A stretch of DNA of 64,000 bases from the NCBI GenBank assembly GCA_010093995.1, contig ML992506.1:306832-370831 (forward strand), read 5' to 3'. The position numbers and the translations under genes are program-made. This DNA is from Elsinoe ampelina. Its lineage: Eukaryota. Position 1 is the stretch's first letter. Every line of letters begins with the position of its first letter. Below, piece by piece: positions 1 through 14,502 of the stretch. The notes under the pieces were generated by a model that was not told where the DNA came from, ran no database searches, and saw nothing but the letters and a program-made list of their open reading frames with translations.

Positions 1-399
1 AATGTCTGATCAGCAACAATACTTCGTTCTCATGTCTCGTTCTGCTGCACAGAAGCAACCTCTGCACACGCGCTAGCCCTACTGCTGCGCCTATCGAAGG
101 CATCTTCCGTCCAAAAAATCTGCTCGCACGCGCGGAAAACTTCGACACCTGCAAATTATGCCTCGACTACATCTGGACGGCGCGTAGTTTCCGAGATGGA
201 TTTATCGGCAAGCTCGAATGGCATTCATACACACATGCTGAAATTAGTACCAGGAACCTGAGTACTGTTGGATCGGCTACTGCACAGATAATCGAACTTC
301 ATTTGCCGAGTATGTGCAGGCTACATGTCTACACCATTTGCTCCGGTGCCTATGTCACCATTCAATCTCTTCCGTCTGGTAAGCGAAAGGCAAACAATC

Positions 400-1045
400 T
401 CCCAGGAGAACCACTGCCAGTCACGGATCCCCCCCAGAGTGGCGATGTACAACGTATTCCGATCCTCTTTCATCCTCCCAAAGTGCGTCGCTGATGGGGA
501 CTCAAAGTTTGTGGCATTGACTACCAGGTCGGTTGATTGTCCCACCCCGTCCCACTTGGACAAGTCTGTTCTGTGGGTTCAGAATGGCAAAGACTGTCCC
601 ACGGAATGCCCAGTGATCGTGTCGCTGAATAGAGCGGTTCCATTCCGTCCATGGCGCGGCGCCGTGGGATGGTAGGCAGCGCCGTTCAGGGGAGCTGCCT
701 CTGGAATATCTGCGACCTTGCCTGATAGCTACAGGGTCTTCATTAAAGTCATAGGCATACGTGCCGATGTTCCTGGTGCAGGGAAGTTCTCCCCTGGTTT
801 GCTCAGTCTAACTGAAACGATGAAGACGTCCTCGTTGATCTCTGTGATCCCGTAGAGTGCGTTGATATTGGGATTGGCTGCTAGTTGCGAGATGGTTTCT
901 TTCCCATCCTTGAAGCTCAGCATATAGGTGGCGTTACGTTGCCATCCCGTTGAATAGCACATCACCATTCCTGCGTACAGCTACATTCTCAAGTGCTATC
1001 CCGGTCAGGTGCTCGGAATATCTCTCGGAGTTGAACCCTGGGCAT
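400..1045 (-). pseudogene. Degenerate six-bladed beta-propeller protein (SMP-30/gluconolactonase-like fungal family)
   Basis: Family motifs lie in different minus-strand frames: LENVAVRRNGDVLF (~950-990), ALYGITEINEDVFIV (~820-860), KVADIPEAAPLNG (~680-720), SPSATHFGRMKEDRNTLYIATLGG (~430-500). They are separated by frameshifts and stops, and the span is short for the family. Boundaries approximate. Confidence 0.6.
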
Positions 1046-1636
1046 TTCCAACCACTCGCGGAGCCGCGAAGACTGCTAAGGTCTCATGGCGCCTGGACTG
1101 AAAGCGGACCAAAAGGAATGTGCGATCAAACGCCATCACGGAGCCTTGGACGTCATTGTATCTGATCACCCACTTTCTACCCTAGATGATGTATTACTCT
1201 CCGCAATGAACAGAGCGATACTCGTGTTACCCAGGAAATTTGATGACAGGTCGTCTTTCTTCCGCGAGCTGCCGAGTTGGGTGTCATGTTGCATCTGCTG
1301 CATATACACTAGCCAAATTCCTGTCAAGCACATGCTGGTGGGGAAACGAAGAGCTCGAACTGCACATCAAAACAAGCAGCAGATACGGAAGGCCCTGCAA
1401 TATGAAAGTATTCATAAATGGAAAGCTTCAAACAATGCATTTGCTCGCTAGTGTACCGAAGACCATTAAACGAAAAGCAAGGTATCATACATCTCTCCCT
1501 GGCTTTTGCTTCCTCATTACACCTCCCCGTCCTTCCCCCTTTTCTGCATCTTCATTTTGTGCGTCAAAGGACCCTTTCTCTTCCCCTTGTCCACCCTGCT
1601 CCCCAACATCCCTCCCCTTTTACGATCACGTTTGTC

Positions 1637-2332
1637 CTACAACAAAGCAGCAACACCCAAAACCGCCGCCACAACGCCCGCGACGGGCGTAGCGATAGCC
1701 GCACCTCCGGTAGCGCTCGTGGTTCCTGTCTGGAAAGCACTCCCGCTCGCGCGGCTGGAGGTGCTGCTCGTGGCCGCGGTGGTCTGGGCTTGGGTCGCGG
1801 TGGTCGAGCCGGTCTCGCCTGCTGCGGAGCGGGAGGCGGAGGCGGAGGCTGCGGAGCCGAAGCTGGAGTTCCTTGTCAGTATATGGTCCTGGCTACGGGG
1901 TCTGGGAAATGGCGGAGCAGAGGGGAGGGGATGGACAGGGAGAGGGAGAGGGCCCAAGGGGGAGGTCATGAGCACTCACTTCTTCGCCGCGTTGCAGTAC
2001 TGCGTGACAGACTGGCCGGCGCTGACGCCGCGAGTGTCGCCTGGGCAGTTGTTGTAGCAGGTGCTGACGTCGGTGTAGGCTGCACAGAGGCAGTCCCAGT
2101 CGTTGCCGGCGCAGCTCAGGGTGCGTGGCTGAAATTGTTCGAGGCAGGCTTGGACGATGCTGGGGGATCATGTCAGTCTCTCAAATGTCTCGGAGAGGTA
2201 CAAGGAGAGGGGAGGGGAAAGGGCTTACTTCTCTGCCGCGCAGGTTGAGGCGGAACCAGCTGCTGCTGCGGTTGTGGTTTGAGCTGCTGCGAAGGAGGCA
2301 GCGGCCAGGATGAGGGAGATGGTGAAACGCAT
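1637..2332 (-). CDS. GPI-anchored Ser/Thr-rich protein with an 8-Cys CFEM-like domain (3 exons)
   Basis: Signal peptide MRFTISLILAAASFAAA; Cys-rich block TCAAENIVQAC...CAGNDWDCLC...TCYNNC...YC; S/T/A linker; hydrophobic C-terminus VAGVVAAVLGVAALL; GT-AG introns ~2160-2228 and ~1864-1979. Confidence 0.85.
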
Positions 2333-3099
2333 GTTGGCGATATTGATTAGAATTGTTATTGAAAGTAAACAAGTACTGTTGTCAAGAGAGAAGAGCGATT
2401 GTCCGAAGCTGAATGTAGAAGAAGAAGAGCAGATGGAACTTTGAAGCGAGAGTGAGTGTGCTGTACGGACGGTGATGAGAAGAAAAGAAAAGCGAAGGAG
2501 GTGGTCTGTTTGTTACTTTAACCTCATCCGGCTCCAGAACAAATCTGTCTCGTGCAGACGATGGAGGTCCGCGCTCACGGGATAGCACCGAGCTAGGGTC
2601 GCACTTTGACGCGATCCATTGGTTCACTTTGAGGCCGTGCGGTGGTTCAGAGCAAGTGACTGGGATTGGGTTGCGCCGTTGGAGCCGAACCAGATTGTGG
2701 AATACTGTAGGCACATGCAGCACGGGAAGTAGAAATACGAGGTGGCGAAATGCATGCAGTAGCTCCATTGCCTGATAGCGGGAAAAGTATACGAAGTTCG
2801 AGATGAGAAGGAATGGAATGATTCTGAATGGCTGCCAATTCCCCAGCCAGAAAATAGACCCAACCTGAATGGTCAAAATCAAATCTCCAAAGCGGCTGCG
2901 GACCGAGACGCTAGCTACCAACCAAGCTAGAGTCAAAGCCACCTCCGCAGTCTCTGGCTGAAGATACGGTTTGTTGCTGGAGAACACCAGAACGCCGACC
3001 ATGTCTCGGTTTCATCCTGACAGCAAACGCCTGACATGCTTACACCTCAGTGTCACGTTTCACAAGCTCGAACCAAGCTCAAGCTTTCCAGCAAAGTCA

Positions 3100-3123
3100 G
3101 GGTGCGTTCTTTGCAGAAGTACT
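3100..3123 (+). repeat. Left terminal inverted repeat of the Harbinger element
   Basis: GGGTGCGTTCTTTGCAGAAGTACT, exact reverse complement of 5870-5893; imperfect match continues a further ~18 bp inward. Confidence 0.95.
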
Positions 3124-3386
3124 GCTGGTGGTAGTACTACTGCCACTAGTAAAAGTCAGCCGTGTTCTTCACTGACAGTCCTTCTGGCCAGTAGTATTCT
3201 GAAGAGCAGTAGATCGACGTGTTTACCTTCTTGATGGAGTAAGGCTCGCTCAAATAACCTTATTTTGCTCGCAGCACCCCTTGGAGGTGCTACGACGTGT
3301 ATTCTGCTAGTCTTAGCAAATTTGCTTAAACTCCTCTATCTCTATAAAGCCTTAAAGTGATAGCTTAATTATCTATTAATCTAACT

Positions 3387-4400
3387 ATAGTAGAGACTCG
3401 AACAGTACTAGATATCACTAGTGCACAACCTTAAGAGGTTATATAACCTATCTTGCTACCTCCCTCTACCCCCTCTAACTCTTTACTAGCCTTAAAGTAG
3501 ACAGAGACAATAGTGCGCACTCTCCTTATACACTTCGTTAAGGCTAAGGCTAAAGGCATGTCGTCTTAATCTAGCTTTAAAGAGGTGGTTTATATAGAGG
3601 CTATAAGGGTGCTATAGCTATTTACTCTACGCGCGGAGTTAAATGTAAAGAAGGTATAGAATAAGCTATTATTAATAAAGGATAATTAGAAGTAGTAGTC
3701 GGAGATGTTAAGTCGCTCTAGATAGAGTCTATTAGTAACTAGCTGTCTAGTTGCCTTAGATAAGGCTATAGAGGAGTTTATAAAGGCTAACTCTCGTGTA
3801 AGGCCTTTACTTAATTAGCCAATTATAGATCTAGAGGCATATATAGCGCTCTTCGACAGAGTAACTATAACTGGCGCCTACGTAAGGACAGCGAAAGAAG
3901 TACTAGATCTAGCACTCCGTAAGGTTAGCACTCCTCCGCTAACGCCCTTACTAGTAGCAGCGTTAGCGCTAGTACTAAGTAGCTCGTTAGAGGTACTAGT
4001 AATTATCGAGAAGAAGTAGTTAGCGTTCGAGAGTTATCGCTCTAGTAAGTAAGAGCGTATATATAAGAAGTTAGTATAGAGTTTAGAGTTATTAATAGTG
4101 TTAATTAAAGTACGTTAATCTCGTATAAGGCCTTCGGCTATTAGTTAAGCTACTACCCTTTTAATAGAGGAATTTGCCTTTCTAGATACAGAGAAGAAGA
4201 TAGATACCTCTATAAGGCTCCTTATATACGCGGAGGTATTTATTAGCATAGATAGAGCATTACGGCGTATGCTTATAAGTAGGTAGATTAGTAAAGATGT
4301 AGAAAATTTTATAGAGGCTTAAGGCTTAATAGATACTCTTTTCGGTAGTTACGTACTACTCTAACGTTACCTCCTTCCTCCTTAATAACCTCTTACACTT
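3387..4400 (+). pseudogene. Harbinger Myb/SANT-like DNA-binding protein, RIP-degenerate
   Basis: The frame reads K*TET..LL.HFVKAKAKGMSS*SSFKE...KKV*NKL...KDN*K**SEMLSRSR*...ALFDRVTITGAY. Reverting RIP changes gives the WT...GFK...QNK...W..W...SGW...ATG pattern of transposon Myb/SANT domains. Probable start ATG mutated to ATA at 3387; 3' end approximate. Confidence 0.7.
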
Positions 4401-4475
4401 TAAGTTACTCTTATTTTATTAGTTATAAAGATATTAAGTTAAAATTAAGGTAAGTTATCTAGTAAGTAAGTTTCT

Positions 4476-5675
4476 CTAGTTAGTATAAATATAAGCTTAA
4501 TATGCCTCCTATATCTAGTTTGCTATAATTACTCTCTTTAAAGTTATATTACTCTTCTTATTATCTTTAGTCTCTTCTAATTCCTCTAAAAGAGAAGCTA
4601 TTACTTCTAGATCTTTATAGCCTTATAGCTCTAAGAGTTAAGTACCTTATATAATGTTAAGAATGTTATATAAAGTAGCTAGAGCATATACTAAATTAAC
4701 CTACGTTTAGATTACTAGGAAGTATAACTCTATAGAGAGGACTTAGAAATGCCTTTTTAATACTCTAAACGACCTCTCGATTATATTATGCAATTAAGCA
4801 TGCCGGAGGTTAAATAGCTCCTTCGGAGTCTCTAGCTTCTACTAAGTAAGGATCTACTCTTAGAGATAGTACCGAGTCTTCTAGAACGGTATAAGCACGT
4901 CTAGTCGATTACTATAGCTAGCGTCGGCTAGATAATAGAAGTCTCGAGGGAGCTTAAAGCTACACTAGCGCGCGTGGCTAAACACTCTTATATTATAAGT
5001 AGACCTCTCCTATCTATATAAGAGGTATATAAAGTTCATCTAGAAGTCGTAGCAAGCTAATATATTCTGGCTAATACTACCCTTTCTATTCCTCTAAGGT
5101 GCTTAATTACCTTTACAAACTCGCGCTAGTATATAAGAGCCATCTAGTACGCTAAGGCACTTATTAAAGTAGAGTATTATCTTTAGATCGCTTACTACGT
5201 AGTGTAGAGTAAAGGACTCTATAGTAGTTAGTAGTCTTATATATCGAGTTATAATCGATCGAATTAACGCTAAGACGCTATAAAAGGCCTTATAGATAAG
5301 CGATAGTAATAGCTTAAGCTTAACGTAGAGTTAATAGTAAGCGCTTTTAGTAGTAGTAATATTAAGAAAGACGAGCAACTACTAGTTAGCTAAGAGGCCC
5401 TCTCTATTATTAAGAGGCTAAAGTGCCTTAAGGAGCACCTCTAAGAGATATCGAAATATGTAAGGCTAATAGCATATAAAGTTATATAAGGTAGTACTAT
5501 TGATAAGTAAATCTTTATATATTAATTAACGGAGCAATCGAGTGCGATATTAACGAGGTTAGTACTTAATTAGGGTGTTAAAGACTAGTAGAACTAGCAA
5601 TATAAGCACGGCTAGTTTAATCTTATTATCCTCCTCCTTAGCATTATTAAAAAAGGTAGTAGAATTAGCCTCCAT
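4476..5675 (-). pseudogene. Harbinger DDE transposase (HARBI1/DDE_Tnp_4-like), RIP-degenerate
   Basis: One 400-codon frame from ATG 5675 with YFNKCLSVLDGSYI, RNRKGSISQNILAC, YYLADASY, PKELFNLRHA*LHNIIERSFRVLKRHF and C-terminal IIAN*I*EAY. Many internal TAA/TAG stops, no frameshift seen. Confidence 0.92.
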
Positions 5676-5869
5676 TTCGCTCTATATAAACAACAATATC
5701 GACTACTACCCCTTTACGACTACTAACACTCTAAACGCGCTCTATAACGCGCCAAACCTCTACACCGCCTTCAATGACACTAGCTGGATAGCCTTAACGC
5801 CTTTGAAGCTTAAACTGATACAACAGGCCGCTAAAAGGCCGAGAATCGCCGAGCAGTACTACTGCGAGA

Positions 5870-5893
5870 AGTACTTCTGCAAAGAACGCACCC
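5870..5893 (-). repeat. Right terminal inverted repeat of the Harbinger element
   Basis: AGTACTTCTGCAAAGAACGCACCC followed by TCA. Confidence 0.95.
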
Positions 5894-5983
5894 TCATTCT
5901 TTTGTCTCTGGTCCTATCTACAGGTCTTTTCTGAACTATGTACAAGAATCTTGTCTCACCCCTCCGTCCCAAGCAGCGCCCAC

Positions 5984-7480
5984 TTAGGCAAACTCACCCT
6001 TCATCTGGCCCGTAACATTCGGATTCTTGACAATGTACACACCCCTCTCAATGGTGTTGATGAGGATGTTACCAGACGGGAATCCAGCATAGTGGGACCA
6101 AGTACCAGTGAAAGCAACGTTGCCGCCACCAGCAGCCTTGTCATCATCAGGGAAGATATCGAAGAAAGCGACCTCCCGTATGCCCTTTCCTGTAGGATCA
6201 CGCGGAATGCTAGATACGTCCAGGACGCGGAGACCGGCGCCGTAGTTGCTCTGGAAGGACAGGCCGTTGTAGACGTATTGGTTGTGGTCGATGGAGCGGA
6301 CGGATGACTTGTAGATACCGGTCTGCTTCGGGGCACGAAGGTCGCGGATGTCCCAGACGTACGTGACTGGGAAGCCGTCGGCGGCGGGCTGGACACCATC
6401 TTCCTCGTCGTACTCGTCGTCGAGGACGAGGTAGGACTGGTTGTTGGGGTCGAGGACGGAGCCTTGGTGAGTGTAGGCTGCGCCGGTGTAACTGGTGCGG
6501 GAGATGATGGTGGCGGCAGCCTTGTTGGTAACGTCGTAGATGGTGAGTGTGTCCTCGTTGAAGCCGTAGCAGACATCACGGCCGGCGTAGCGAGTATCCG
6601 GGCCACGGTAGACGAGGCATTGAGCGTCGTGGACGTAGCCGTCACCTGGAGCGCAGCCAGGGGAGGTGGGACGGGCGGGGTTGGAGAGATCAATGAAGAT
6701 CAGACCAGAGCGGCATGTGCTGGTACGTGGGCTGGCACCGACGGCGATGGCAAAGTTGCGCTCCTCCAAGGCCACAACGTTGTGGGTACGACCGACTGGA
6801 AGGCCGTTGAAGAGGGAGATGTCGCTGGTAGTGCTGAAGGTGCGAGGAGAGGTGACAGTCAAGAGCTTGCGGGCATCAAAGATCTGGATCCCGTGGTTCT
6901 GGGCCTCGGAGCCAATGATGAAGTAGTTCTTAACCGTCCTGATCTCACGCCACTGGGATGTGACAGACTGCTGGGGCAGGCGACCGAGGTAGGTGACACG
7001 ACCATCCTTGGAGATTTCAATAAAGGCGGTACCGTCAGCCTGGCCAATGGCGCCAAATTCACGGCCTTCGGGTGAGGTCCAACCCCAGGAAGACGATCCT
7101 GAACCGCTGCGGCTGCCGAGCTCGGCATGGGTCTTGAAGTCCTGGAGATTGAGGTTCCTGCAGCGGAAGATCTGGAGGGGGTTGCCGGCTTGGACAGTGG
7201 CCAGACCGTTGACGCAAGGGACGGGTTGGGCCAGAGCCATGATGGCAGCGGTCTGGTTGTATGCACCGGCTGCCTCGCGCTGCGCCCACTCATTCTAGCG
7301 AGTGTCAGTGGACTGCCAGCTACAGTTGTATCGATAACATACCATCTTGTAGCTCATGATAGCCTCGTGTACACGACCAGACTTGTACATCTCCTTTGAG
7401 ATCTCGCTCTCACCGAGGAGAGACTTGAGTGAGACGGCCGAAGCCATGGCCGGAGCCAACAGAGCCAAAGCACCCTTCAT
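5984..7480 (-). CDS. Secreted choice-of-anchor B / LVIVD-repeat-like protein (often annotated 'regulatory P domain' in fungi)
   Basis: Signal peptide MKGALALLAPAMASA; intron ~7295-7343; motifs SSSWGWT, SQWREIR, GYVHDAQC, YTHQG, DDEYDE, SIDHNQY, QSNYGAGLRVLD, INTIERG. Confidence 0.85.
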
Positions 7481-8751
7481 CGTGACTTGAGATGGAGTTG
7501 TTGAAGTGCAATATTAGATGTGGACAAAAGCTGAATTAGAAACTCGTAGTTCCCCAAAGGCAAGCTCGCCTTTATGTATTTGACATGAATGTAACACAAG
7601 CGTTGTACAATGCCTACCTTCCTTGACAGGCAATACTCACGGACGCATGATCAATCTGCAACTCCCCACGAACTGTCGCCCAAGCACGCGACCTGCGGGA
7701 TACGACGGTCCAAAGCGCTCGCGCTGCAAGTAGCAAAGCCTCTGCGCATGCTTACAGGCAGTGAGGGATCAGCCAACGAACGAATAAGAGTGGCCAAACC
7801 CAAATGAACAGTCCTTGAAACGCCAAAGCGACTGCTCGTGTTCCTTCCAAACTGATGTGCAGGATCGACGTCGGGAAGAGTGGCATGCGTCGGGTGTTCC
7901 TGAAGATGAATGTCCTGGATCTAGGCTGTATCGAGCAGGTCGGGCAAGCGATTGGGCGGAGAGTTTGGGGCGGAGATTCTTGGCTTTTGCTTGGCCCAAT
8001 ATGCATGAATGGGGTTGACCAATGAGGTGGACAGGAAGATGAACTCGCCATCGTGACCTCTTTTGCTGTTATCAGACTGCTGCAAGTCGCTTGCATGTTT
8101 GTGATATGGATGGTGGTGAAGCGAAGGTCATCTTGACTGTGGACCGTCAATGCCCGTGAGTGACGTGAGTGGTACATATTGCGCTATCGGATGCATAGGT
8201 CCGAGTGCACGAATCGGTGATCAAACCTCGGTGAGGTCCAGGACATTGCTGTTGCCTCTTCGAGCAAGGAGTTGGGATGGTGGTGGATTGAGAAGTGTTG
8301 CTTCGAGGAGAGGCAGAGAGGCCTCGCAAGGACCTATATGTATGGCCACCCGGGACTTCATCATTGGTTCATGAGCACATTTGCAGCGAGTTTGAGCATG
8401 TTTCCATCGTGTGGGATACTGTTGCAACCAGATCAGCACACAAAGAGATCTTGGGATGCGATGCGGGTCTGCTCCGAGGCGCACCACTAGCGGCGATCAC
8501 GGCATATCGTATCTTGCTATCCTTCTGGAAGTCTTGTAGAATGATCACATGCAATGACAAATTTCAAAGAATGAACATCATTCAGCGTATCGCGTCCGTA
8601 TGTAGCAGTGGCCTCGAGATCTAATTACCCGAGACCATATTCCCGAGAGTGAATCATGTACAGAAAACCCACCATGCATTCGTCGAATTTTCCATTGCTC
8701 GTTCAGTTGCCCACCAACACGGTAGTGGGTCGTTCCTCTCCCTACCATGCA

Positions 8752-11559
<2,808 letters not shown>

Positions 11560-12160
11560 GGCGCGTGTTGGGAGAGAGGCAGTCCTCTATTGAGCGACTG
11601 TGGTACGCTGTAAGACGACAGTGATTGAATGATGCAGTTGTGTAGCTTGGGGTCGGCGGTATCGCGCAAACGGCGGCCTGACGAAGGCTCGGATTGGTGG
11701 CTGTGTTCTGATCCGTCGGCCCTCCGCGCGCGGGAACAGTCTATTTCTGTCCACACACTCTGGATGGGGTGGGGATGATTCGAGATGCAGGCGCTGGCGA
11801 TGAAAGGATGGTAATGAGATGATGATGAAGCTCAGGCAAATGGATTGAATAGTGTTCGACGTGTTGATCCCGACTTGAGGATGGTGGGACGTCATCTCCA
11901 AAAGTCAACCCACCCTCTTCCGCCTTCCGCCGCATGTGTCTTTATGGCTCTTGGAAGTCGGGATCTGACAGGGACATGAAACAGCACGAGCACATGGTAG
12001 CAATGACATACTTGGATATGTTCGACATTGCTGGTGAGATTCTCACTCTGTCTAGAAGTGATATGGCTTCTATATGCTGGAACTGTTTTCCAAATCTACT
12101 GGTCCGGTATTCTGTGTACCTCATCTCATGTATGTTCATGCTTCATGCAGTCGTAATTCA

Positions 12161-13649
12161 TCATCGCAGAGTCCTTAGTTGTACCTCTTGGATAGGCATT
12201 CGATCGTCTTCCCGGTCGTTCCCTTCGATGTCCCGCATCAACCCCCTCTCCTCGTCTGCTTGACCTTCCGTCCTTTCAGGAGGTTCTGTAGCCGGCTGTG
12301 CTTTCTGGAGTGCCATGACAATAGCCGCTCCCAAGATCAAAGTTGATCCAATGATAGAGCTGAAACCCGGCGAAGTTCCAAAGAATATCTTGTCACTCGC
12401 CAAAGCAAACAGCATGCTGATGTAGGTCATGTTGGTCACTCGCGAACTCTTCTCGTAAGAAAGTCCTGCGGCGAGCAAGAATTGCTGCGGTCTCTGTTAG
12501 TACTCTCCACGGATTTCCAAGTACTGCCAGACTTACCATGATGAAGCCACATGATCCTAGAAACAGGAGCATGCCCCACTCCTTCAAGTCGGCCGGAAAG
12601 AGAAATCCGATGCCAGGAATAGTCAGCATGGCGACTGTGCTGACCAATGTACACCAAGCGCTAAAGTATGAAACCGATATGAGCGGGTGTGCTCTCTTTC
12701 CGATCCAGCGAATTGTCGTGAATGCGACCACTGCACCCATGACACCAATTAGGGCCATGCCCACAGCAGCAATTCGTTGGTCAGGGGTGACGCTGTCAAA
12801 ATCGCCAGCGCCGTGTCCAGCCATGGTTGCATTGGCGACTGGTGGCGTTACTTCTGGATTGCCTGCTGCGATCGCTTCCGGGCTGTCGACGTCGTCACCA
12901 GCCAGGACTCCAAGAAGCGAGGCTGGTCGAGCAATGAAGACAACACCAAACAATGAGACGAAGGTACCGATCTTCTCGATGTGGGTGAATGGCTCCTTAA
13001 TCAGTATGGAGCATGCCCAACAGGATAATCCGGGAGCGAGGTAGGTAATGACCGTGGCGTCACTGATAGGTAGTGCCATGAGTGAGTAGTACATGCCAAA
13101 GACACCAAAGAAACCACCGATACCTCGAGCGACCAGTAGCCATCTGACTTCTTTGGCGCCAAAAGGAAAGTGAGGTGTCTTTGCCCACCACATGTACAGG
13201 ACTGAAAGAATCACAGTAATGCTCATGCGGGCGAAGAGGACCTGGAATGGATGCAGTCCCTGGCCATGATTGCCTTCAATCTCGAGGAATCTTGTCGTGA
13301 CATTCATAGCTGTGCCGAAGAATTGGGCTATTATCATGTAGAGCAACCCGAGATTTTTCCACCAGAATGCTTTGATTTTGGAGTTCCATGCCGAAGGGTT
13401 TGCGAGAGGTGGGAGTTTCGGCCTCTGATTTGCTTGCCAGTCATCTACTGACAGATTCGAGAGTGTACCAGGGGATGATGGCCGGGATACAATGATGGGA
13501 ATTTCGAGATATTCCTTTGTCGCAGGTGGTGATTGCTGCGGCTCTGCATTGTCAAGAAGTCGCGTGTCAATGCTTCCATGGGGGGCCACAGAGGGCACCC
13601 CGCCACCCGTCTCTCCTCCACTTTCGTCATGACTGATAGGGTTCTTCAT
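12161..13649 (-). CDS. EamA / drug-metabolite transporter (DMT) family membrane protein
   Basis: About 10 hydrophobic helices; motifs HPFQVLFARM, LLVARGIGGFFG, DATVITYLAP, IRWIGKRAHPL; intron ~12486-12536. Confidence 0.88.
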
Positions 13650-14502
13650 TTCCGTGTCGTACAAGATAAATGATCGCACACCGAGTCCATGTATCCAGAA
13701 GATCCGCTATGCATCAGGCAACGGAAAGACGCAAGACACTCCAGGTGATCAGGAGACAAGGTTAAAGGACGGGATGAGAGCAAAAGTCGAGATAGGCTCT
13801 GCCACTCTGGGCATTCATCCGTTCCATCCTTTTTGGACGCTTTTCACCGTGTCGTTCGTGCCCCACCCTTCCCCAACCACTAGACCGTTGCTGACCTTCC
13901 TCTCTTCCTCTCTCTTCATCAAATCGGAAATCCTTTAGCCTGCTCACAGCCACCGCTCCTGTCAAACTGTCCTATCGCGGTGTCTGCTACCACTCAGGTA
14001 CCTATCAGCTACTAATTATGTCAAAGCCTGCATGAACACCCGCTTCCGATGTGCAGCCAGTCCAACTACCTGTGTCGCGAATTCGGTAAAGCTTCAAACT
14101 CGCCGAACATGTAGAACTCGGCTTACAAACCGAGGCGCCTACAACAAGTGCGTGCTTTGCGATTTGGATCGCTTTCATTGACCCCTCTTAGCTAGACTGG
14201 ACCCGTCGTTCGCTGCCTGTGCCTCTCGCTCGATCTCATTGCTTGACCTCCTTCCACAAAGTATTTCCCCAGTATTTACCTCTCTATTTCCCAAGCAGGT
14301 CTTTCTACACGTACACTTCTCATCTAAAGGCTTGCTCTACCCAATATCTTGGTCATCCTGGCCGAATAGATAGCACGTTGACAAGCAAATGTCTCATTGA
14401 GCACTCACTCTGCAGTTCGCAGTACCAAGGGATGCTTCCAATCAAAGGTTTGTACGCCAGAGTGGAGTATTCCTTTCCGCCCAAACTACCGTATTCACAT
14501 CC

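Larger units (their letters stand above)
3100..5893. mobile_element. Full-length PIF/Harbinger DNA transposon, RIP-inactivated (2794 bp)
   Basis: Perfect 24-bp TIRs GGGTGCGTTCTTTGCAGAAGTACT (3100-3123 and reverse complement 5870-5893), flanked by a TCA direct repeat (3097-3099, 5894-5896). AT/TpA-rich interior with two convergent degenerate ORFs. Confidence 0.95.

Noticed and set aside
2382..3234. ORFs 2382-3002 (-) and 2971-3234 (+)
   Set aside because: No recognisable motifs. They cover the GPI-gene promoter, and the second crosses the transposon boundary.
3240..5700. AT-rich block as centromere, horizontally acquired DNA or a tyrosine-recombinase element
   Set aside because: TIRs, TSD and the DDE frame explain it fully as a RIP-mutated Harbinger.
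5575..5934. 119-aa plus-strand ORF
   Set aside because: Runs antisense over the Harbinger transposase start and through the right TIR; a chance frame in RIP-mutated DNA.
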